From Eledone cirrhosa (taxonomy: Eukaryota): DNA of 64,000 bases. The DNA lies in contig OZ024745.1 of the NCBI GenBank assembly GCA_964016885.1, positions 60,326,001 to 60,390,000 on the forward strand, given 5' to 3'. Below the pieces are notes generated by a model, which was not told where the DNA came from, did not search any database, and worked only from the letters and a program-made list of their open reading frames with translations. The translations under genes were made by a program, and so were the position numbers. This document shows positions 56,288 through 64,000 of this stretch, piece by piece; positions within the stretch are counted from its first letter, which is position 1, and every line of letters begins with the position of its first letter.

Positions 56288-56974
56288 AGTGTGGGTGTGT
56301 ATGTATATATGTATGTACGTATGTCTGTATGTATGTATGTTGGTGCTACTGGTAACATGTATCCCAGTACAACCTGTCCCATGGTCGGGTCGTTGGCGAC
56401 TAAACTGGCAACCCCACCAAGGTTTCTTGGTGAGGAGGGTGACTTTGGACATCCTGCAGGAATAAAAACAAAACCTGTCAAAGGGCAAAGGAGCTCTTAA
56501 GAGTCAATGGCCATCCAAAATCACCGGGAGAGATGACCCCTTAGCCTTTGTCAAGGCAGAATTCTAGGAGAAGGAAAACTCTGATATAACACCTACAACC
56601 CTGTTGGTATCCAATGATGTTGACTTGTTCTTCTTTTTGGTAAATATCATCTTGGTTAAGAGAGTGGGACTAGCTTTGTGCAGTGCCTTTGCTCACTATA
56701 AAAGCTTCACGGCACAGGCATTACTTTATATCTGGAGATCTCTCTGCACTTGTCGTCACATGGTACCATGGGCCCAGCACTATGTGTCAATAATTGTCAC
56801 ACGTGTAGTGTTTGTACCAGAGTTTTCAAGTCGCTGGCTGGACTAAAAAGTCACACCCGTTCAGCGCATCGGTAGGGGTTCTCCTACATGGATGTAAAGT
56901 AGTGGCCGTACTCGAAAACGAGTTGGCAGCCACCATATGTGTATGTATGTATGTGTGTATATGTATGTATGTAG

Positions 56975-57490
56975 GGACACCGTTATGACATATTGTGTTT
57001 CTTTTTAACAAGGTGAAGCTTTTCTCCTCTCCATATCTTTATTATTTATGTTCTCCACATCACTGTATATTTTAATATGTTTATTCTCAGGGCTAACCTT
57101 TCTACGAATTGCATTGTATAGAGTTCTGACCACTCCGTCATGCTTCATAGGTAGATAGTATTGTGATGACATCTTTGGACAGCTGCTTATGATGTGGATT
57201 ACATCTTCGTTGTTAATTCCGTAGAATCTGCATATTTTGCCTGAATCCCTATCTCTTTTGTGCATTAGGTATTTAGTTGTTATTTCCTGTTCTTGGATTG
57301 CAAAAGTAATATCCTTCAAAGTGAGAGCTAATATACCGGTTGTTGGTGGCAACATAGCCATGCATGAATTTTTGCTGATATGCTTGCAGCTTTTTATTCA
57401 TGGATTCTTTGCAGTATTGCTGAGAAATTTCCTTGAGAGTCAGTTTTTGGTTATCATGCAGGGGTGTTGTCTGCCTCATGTAAACAGATT
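56975..57490 (-). pseudogene. R4/Dong-type non-LTR fragment
   Basis: FAIQEQEITTKY, CRF..EDVIHIISSC, KHD; homologous to 59660-60200. Confidence 0.8.
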
Positions 57491-57611
57491 TGTTCTATAT
57501 ACGGGTTTCTACGTTTGGTGGTTCGTAGATGTTGTCGGGTATGGGGGATATTTGCTGAACACAAAAGCCGAAACCACTTGACGCCGCGGTCGGTAATATA
57601 CCTCCCCCCCC

Positions 57612-57662
<51 letters not shown>

Positions 57663-57685
57663 TCTCTCTCTCTCACTCTCTCTCA

Positions 57686-57724
<39 letters not shown>

Positions 57725-58046
57725 CTTGCTTTGGTAGTTATGAATAAAACACACAAAAGAACATATAGAGACGTGTGTAAGCTTGTGTGTGTGTGAGGTG
57801 ATTTTGTGTGAGTATATATTATACATGACAGCTTATATAAACAAATAGAAAAATAGAAAACAACATAGCAAATGACATCTGGGTCTCACTATTTCTCTTT
57901 TAATCTATTTCTGTTTATTAATTAATGGTCTTATTTCCTGACTAGTTAATACATACATACATACATACATACATACATACATACATACATACATACATAC
58001 ATACATACATACATACATACATACATACATACATACATACATACAT

Positions 58047-59003
58047 TGATCTGGAGGAGAGATATGGAATAAAGCTTGATATAAATCTCTCACCCAGAGA
58101 AATCGGAAGATCCTATTCAATGTTCAAACAAGATGAAAAAATTTACCATTTTACAGAAAAAGTTGTGCATGGATACTTGAGACGTAAAACACAGACCATA
58201 GAGGGGATAAACCACTCAAAAAGCCTGGCGTGGAGTTCCGACAAGTTTATGATATCACACCTTGAGGGATATCTCTATGCAATACAGGAACAAGAACTCC
58301 CTACCAAATATCTGCTGCACAAAAGGGGAGGGCCATCAGCTGACAATAAATGTAGGCTATGTAAATCAAAGATCGAGGATGTAAGCCACATTGTTGCCAG
58401 CTGCAAAAGAATGTCATCTCGCTACTACCTCCCCATGAGACACGATGGGATAGCTAGAACCATCTGCAACGCACTTCGGAAAACAAAATTAACAACAAAC
58501 GAGGAAGAATATATTGAGACAGATGGCACTAAGGAATCCTGGTGGAACCTGAAAATAAAAACTGCCACCAAATTAAAGCACAACCTGCCTGATATTGTTG
58601 TTTGGGACCACACATTGAAAACGTGTTCTGTTGTGGAGATCAGCTGCCCACTTGATGTAAACGTTGTCAGAAAAATACAGGAGAAGGAGGACATCTACGG
58701 ACCATTGATGAGGAGTTTACAAATCCAGTATCCAAGATACACCTTTAGCTTCATACCCATCATTATTGGTGCTACGGGTTATATACCAACCCGTTTGGAC
58801 CAAAGTATGAGTGAACTTGGATTTGCGGACAAAGAGCGCAGCTCCCTAATTCATAGTCTACAAATGGCTGCGATAGCTGGTACCTTCAAAATTTGCAAAA
58901 CATTCTTGCGATTCAAGGGATGACAATTTCTTTTCTTTTACAACCTTGCCACCAGGAAGGTGGCCGGTCAAAAAAATATACTCGAAATTAAGAGAAAGAG
59001 ATA
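58047..59003 (+). mobile_element. 5'-truncated R4/Dong-type RLE non-LTR retrotransposon in (ACAT)n
   Basis: ORF 58120-58923: CRLC..ED..HI...C, RHD, PDIVV..VVEISCP.D..K; (ACAT)n on both sides. Confidence 0.88.
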
Positions 59004-59075
59004 ACATACATACATACATACATACATACATACATACATACATACATACATACATACATACATACATACATACAT

Positions 59076-60842
59076 GCCAAGAAGATGGATGGGATGAAGA
59101 AAAATCTTGACCTGGTTACTACGTTCTCAAAGGATATAGGAATGGAGTTTGGCCAAGATAAATGCTCATATATGACTGTAAAGCGGGGAAAAACAACAAC
59201 CCAATCTAGCAACATTGTCATCAATGGCCTAACTGTTTCACCGATATCTGATGAGGACTGCTACAGATACCTGGGGATAGATGAGAACATATCCTATAAT
59301 GGTATCTGTAATAAGGAACGCGTAACCAGAGAATACTACACCCGATTAAGAAAGATTTGGTCATCGGAACTCTCTGCGCAAAACAAAACAGTGGCTCACA
59401 ATGTGTTTGCTGTGCCTGTCCTAACACCAATGTTTGGAATACTCAATTGGACGATAGACGAAATCCGAGCAGTTGATGTTGGAACTCGAAAAATACTGAA
59501 CAACACCGGAAACTTCCACATCAACAGTGACATAGACCGCCTTTACTTGAAACGTAAGCAGGGAGGCAGAGGCCTAACATCAGTCCAGACAGCATTTGAA
59601 TGTCGCATCATATCCCTCCGACATCTACGAACCTCGAAGCGCAGGAGCCCGTCTCTCGAGCAAGTCTATCTGCATGAAACAGATAAGATTATGAGAGTTG
59701 GGAAGGAACTCCTCGAGAGATGTTCCCTGTGTGATAATCAAAAATTCACACCCAGGGAAGTCGCTCAGCAGTATCGTAGTGAATCCATGGATGAAAAACT
59801 GCATGTTTATCAGCAAAAAGTCATGCAGGGATATGTTGCTAGGAAGCTCCAGAGTGAGAGTAATATAGATAAGGAAAGTAGTCTGTCTTGGACCAACAAC
59901 CGCTATATTGGCTCCCACTTTGAAGGATACGCTTTTGCAATCCAAGAACAGGAAATTAACACGAAATACCACGAATGCAGGCAAAACACCTAGATGTGAT
60001 AACAAGTGCAGACTCTGCAGAACTAACATCGAAGATATCACCCATGTCATCAGCAGCTGTCCAAAGATGTCATCGTGGTACTATCTACTTATGAGGCATG
60101 ATGTAGTAGCCAAAACACTGTACAATGCAATCCGTAAAAAAAGATAGCCCCGATAATAAACACATTAAAAGCTACAGCAATGTGGAAGACATCCATGTAT
60201 ATGAAAGAGTACAGGTGGAATGTTCCAGTAAAAACCCCAATAAAATGCAGGCATAACAGACCAGATATTATGATATGGGACAGGGAGAAGAAAGCATGCC
60301 TGATATGGGACAGGGAGAAGAAAGTAGTGGAAATTAACTGCCCAGCAGATACCAATATAATATCAAAGATTAGCGAAAAGGAGAATATTTATGCAGAACT
60401 GATGAGAAATCTGCAGATACTCCACCCTGATTATACCTTCAGATTTATGCCTGTGATTATTGGGGCACTGGGGTATGTTAGTAACTGCCTCAATACAAAT
60501 CTTGAGAAACTAGGCTTCACAGGATCAGAAAGAACACAACTAGTTAGGAAATTAGAAGTACAATCCATTAATGGAACAGTAAAAATATGTAAGACATTCC
60601 AAAAATTTTGCATCTAATAACTGCATATACACATGTACAGATACAAAGCATATACACATGCACACATACAACTCAAAACATCCACATCTACACATACAAT
60701 AACATCCATATCTACACATGCGTGCATACATAATCTACCTAGTTGATGTTGTGTAAATTCCAATGAGAGAGTCTTGTGTCTATGCTAGAAACCGACTCTC
60801 TCTCCATTGGGAAAAAATTTGTGAAATTATAAAACCAGAAGA
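59076..60842 (+). mobile_element. Second R4/Dong-type element (RT C-terminus, CCHC, RLE), frameshifted, in (ACAT)n
   Basis: FSKDIGMEFGQDKC, YRYLG, RLYLKRKQGGRGL, AIQEQ, CRLC, RHD, RPDI..VEINCP. Confidence 0.9.
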
Positions 60843-60882
60843 ACATACATACATAAATACATACATACATGCACACATATTA

Positions 60883-61610
60883 GAATAGACTTTACAGGGG
60901 AGGCTTAACAAGGAGATCCTTCTCTAATTGGAACAATCTCTCTTGTCTCCCTTTTTGAAAATGGGGATTATCACTCCTGATTGTCATTGCTTAGGTGCCT
61001 TTCCAGAGATTCAGGCCACCCGAAACACACGAATAAGCCTGAGGATACTTTCTCTATTTAAAGCTTTTAACATCTCGGGCAGAATTTCATCGCCCCCAGC
61101 GGCCTTGCTTCATTTGAGCTCTTTCATTGCTCGTGTGACTTCTTGAGTCATCACTCTCAGATGCACCTCGTGTACATTAGAAGATATTGTTGTAATCAAA
61201 TTTAGGAGATTAGCAAAGTATTTTCTTCGCCTCGCGAAGATGCACCTCTCTGAGGAGATGAGAACGCCAAACCCTTTTCTGATAGCAAGTGTGGAAGAGG
61301 ACTTCTTATTGCGAAGTCGGCGAATGGTCTGCTAAAACACTTTATTTGCTTATCTGAAGTCGGATTCCAGTTTAACTCTAAAGTCCTCCCATGTCTTAAA
61401 TTTGGACACCTTTACTGTCTCTGCTTTTACCGCAACAGCAAGGCAGGTCTTTGAGAAATCATGACAGTGCTGCCAAGAGGTGTATTCATGCTTTTTAGAA
61501 CTCGAAAAGGCATATGACTGCGTTCTATGGGACCTGCTGTGGAATATTCTGCAGGATAGATTGTCAGCCTACACAGGCGAAAATACGAGATATTTTCGCC
61601 TGTCTTCAAG
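60883..61610 (-). pseudogene. RTE LINE RT fragment with internal inversion
   Basis: minus KAAGGDEILPEMLK..IIPIFKKGDKRDCSN*RRISLLS; plus CFLELEKAYDCV from ~61430. Confidence 0.75.
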
Positions 61611-61797
61611 TTCCAGTAGAGAGCAGGTAAGAACTGTCCCGACGAAAGCCATTAGCTCGAAATGTGCATAGACATTTGTCCCTGCTGCTTCTGTTGGAAT
61701 CCGCGAGACGGTGTTGGCCGCCAGCCTTTCAATATTCATAGCTGGGCTTTCAAAATGTTTATTTATTAACCATACCGTACATCTTTAGATATACGAA

Positions 61798-61915
<118 letters not shown>

Positions 61916-61947
61916 ACATACACGCATATATATATATAATATATATG

Positions 61948-62201
61948 GTTAAGACCTCTTCGGTCACGAATGACCATGGGATTTTAACCTAGAAAGTTCC
62001 TCTCCGAGGCACAAGTCTGGGTAAGGTTGTTTGTGGAAGACCAGCAGTCGTCCATGCATACCAGTCTCCCCTCTCCACACCACCGATGTTGTACAAAGGA
62101 AACGCAAAGCCAATACAGTTTGGTACCAGTGACGTCGCAACTCATTTCTACAGCTGAGTGAACTCGAGCAACATGAAATAAAGTGTCTTGCTCAAAAACA
62201 C
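61948..62201 (-). mobile_element. SINE with RTE/BovB-like tail
   Basis: gaagaccagcagtcg.ccatgc, aagtgtcttgctcaa motifs typical of RTE-tail SINEs (recognition only). Confidence 0.55.
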
Positions 62202-62212
62202 ATGTGGGAGGG

Positions 62213-62256
62213 ACCGTCCTGACGATGGCCAGTTAACCCTGAAATGCATAGACGGT
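62213..62256 (+). ncRNA. Minimal type I hammerhead ribozyme
   Basis: accgtc-CTGACGA-tgg..cct-GAAAT-gc-ATA-gacggt; perfect stem I, weak stem II. Confidence 0.75.
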
Positions 62257-63012
62257 TGTCCCCCTTGCTTCTGCTGGACATCACCAGATACGTTAGCCCC
62301 CCTCCCCCCTCCCCGGTGTTTGCATAGCTACGGCTTCCTAAAACCGTATTTCTTTGGAGATACGAAATATTTATACATATATATATATATATGAAAAGCG
62401 TCAGGATCGCGTCAGTGTGTGTTGATGTGTGTATATTTATCAAAAATACCTTTGAAATAACTTTTTTGAAAGGTTCTTTCAAGCATTCTTTTAAAAACGT
62501 TCTTTTTATAGGGCCTTGGGGGGGGGGGGTGTTTTTTATAGGTATTTTGAGGGTGTGTTTTTCTGAAACATGTTTTTTTATGTTTTCCATTTTTTTTTTA
62601 ATTCTTTCTAAGTATTCGCTGAACATTCAATATTTACTGTGATTGTAGCATATAATACAGTTGCGGGTTTGTATGTGATTACTGTGGGTGTATAAGTGCC
62701 CATATGTATCACGCCTGCGCGAAATATGGACATGGGTGTGGGCGCCTACAGGCCGGGAAGGCTGCGACAGGGCGGGAGCGTTTCAATCATACAACCCTTT
62801 ACCTCCTACAGTAGTAATTTCGATATAAGAAACAACTTTGATTGACAAGTGGCAAATGAAAGGAACCAAATATAGGACGGACATGAGAGGTCAAAAATAC
62901 CGATGACGTGTACAATTCTTGACCACTCATCGAAGGACAACAACAGGACTTAAATTGCCGAGTGAAGGCCGCGGGTGTAACTGGACATTTGGAAACTCTG
63001 CTTCGAGAATCG

Positions 63013-63109
63013 AGACGTATCTGAGGATCTTGCGATTTCAGAGTTAGGTTGGATCATTGCATCGATCGTGCCTCGAGCTGGTCGCCAGAGAAACGATTGT
63101 AATATGTCT
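63013..63109 (+). ncRNA. Hammerhead with extended stem II
   Basis: agacgtat-CTGAGGA-tcttgcga..tcgccaga-GAAAC-gatt-GTA-atatgtct. Confidence 0.8.
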
Positions 63110-63729
63110 AATACATTTTATTCGTCGCACCACTGATTCTCCATTTCTTATGTGATATTATACTCTGCTCTGTAAGAGTATCGAGTGCTCAAACGGCCTA
63201 CCGCTTACGGACGCTTTAAGCATCCCACACCAATTATATATATATATACCGACTTTAAATAAACCGAAACTATTAGGATTTCCAGAAGTTGACTGAAGAG
63301 AAGGGACTGTCCGTTTTTACCGTTCTTTTCTACGTTGTCTTGGTTGATTTCTCTGTATTTAGCACTTGGTTCTTTGTCTACTTAGCAATGTTTATCATGT
63401 ATCTGTATTCTTAGCATCGATCTATCTATCACTATGTACCAATTTGTTTATCTATCAGCTTGTTGTTTAATTAACTGGATGTCTGTCTTACATATATAAT
63501 ACATCGTCTATACATCGTCTTCGTCTATCTATCTATGTATCTCTTTGTTCTCTTCTTTATCTTTTAGCCTCCACCTCCACCGCCACCCCCTCTTCAACTC
63601 TTTCATTTACGATGGCCTATTTTCCTCTCTTATTTACCTTTTTTCCTTCTCCGCTCTCTTCTAGTCTTTATAAGTATTTTGCCATTTGTCTCGTATTTAT
63701 TTATCTATCTATCTATTATCTATCTCTCC

Positions 63730-63856
63730 CCCCTATTGGGGATTTCGATTGTTGAAATTGTTTGTTTTTATATTTTTTACACGACTGTATGTAAAATCCC
63801 CGGCATGTCTTTGTATTGTCCCCTTTCTTGTTGCGCCCTTGTGGCTAATAAAGAAA
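63730..63856 (+). mobile_element. Non-LTR (Tx1/L1-like) 3' end in (ATCT)n
   Basis: gcccttgtggctaataaagaa-(atct)n. Confidence 0.45.
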
Positions 63857-64000
63857 TCTATCTATCTATCTATCTATCTGCCTGTCTGTCTATCTACCTA
63901 CCTATCTATCTATCTATCTATCTATCTATTTATCTATCTATGTCTATCTATCTATGTCAATCTATCTATTTATCTATCTATCTGTTTGCCTATCTATCTG

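Noticed and set aside
56340-56430. Possible HDV-like ribozyme at the start of a LINE-UTR-like repeat
   Set aside because: Could not build the nested double pseudoknot by eye; needs a descriptor search

Overview
AT-rich, microsatellite-saturated eukaryotic DNA, most likely cephalopod (Octopus-like). That organism call is an inference from the SINE family and the repeat composition. I can recognise no host gene, and most of the ORF track is (TA)n/(CA)n/(GA)n artefact. Recognisable elements: three Penelope-like retroelements (PLE; RT plus C-terminal GIY-YIG), one of them split by a Buster-type hAT transposon with an 8-bp TSD. There are also R4/Dong-type RLE non-LTR elements in (ACAT)n, RTE and Gypsy fragments, Tc1/mariner relics, a Helitron-like element, MITEs and many tRNA-derived SINE copies. 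The main unannotated signal is RNA-structural. By eye I find about 26 complete or degenerate type I hammerhead ribozyme (HHR) motifs (CTGANGA..GAAA..NTH), plus several half-motifs, belonging to roughly 15 unrelated sequence families. They sit in short (TA)n-bounded modules that are tandem or fold-back, and some modules form nested mirror-image arrangements up to about 15 kb. All structures were folded by hand; no search or folding program was run.
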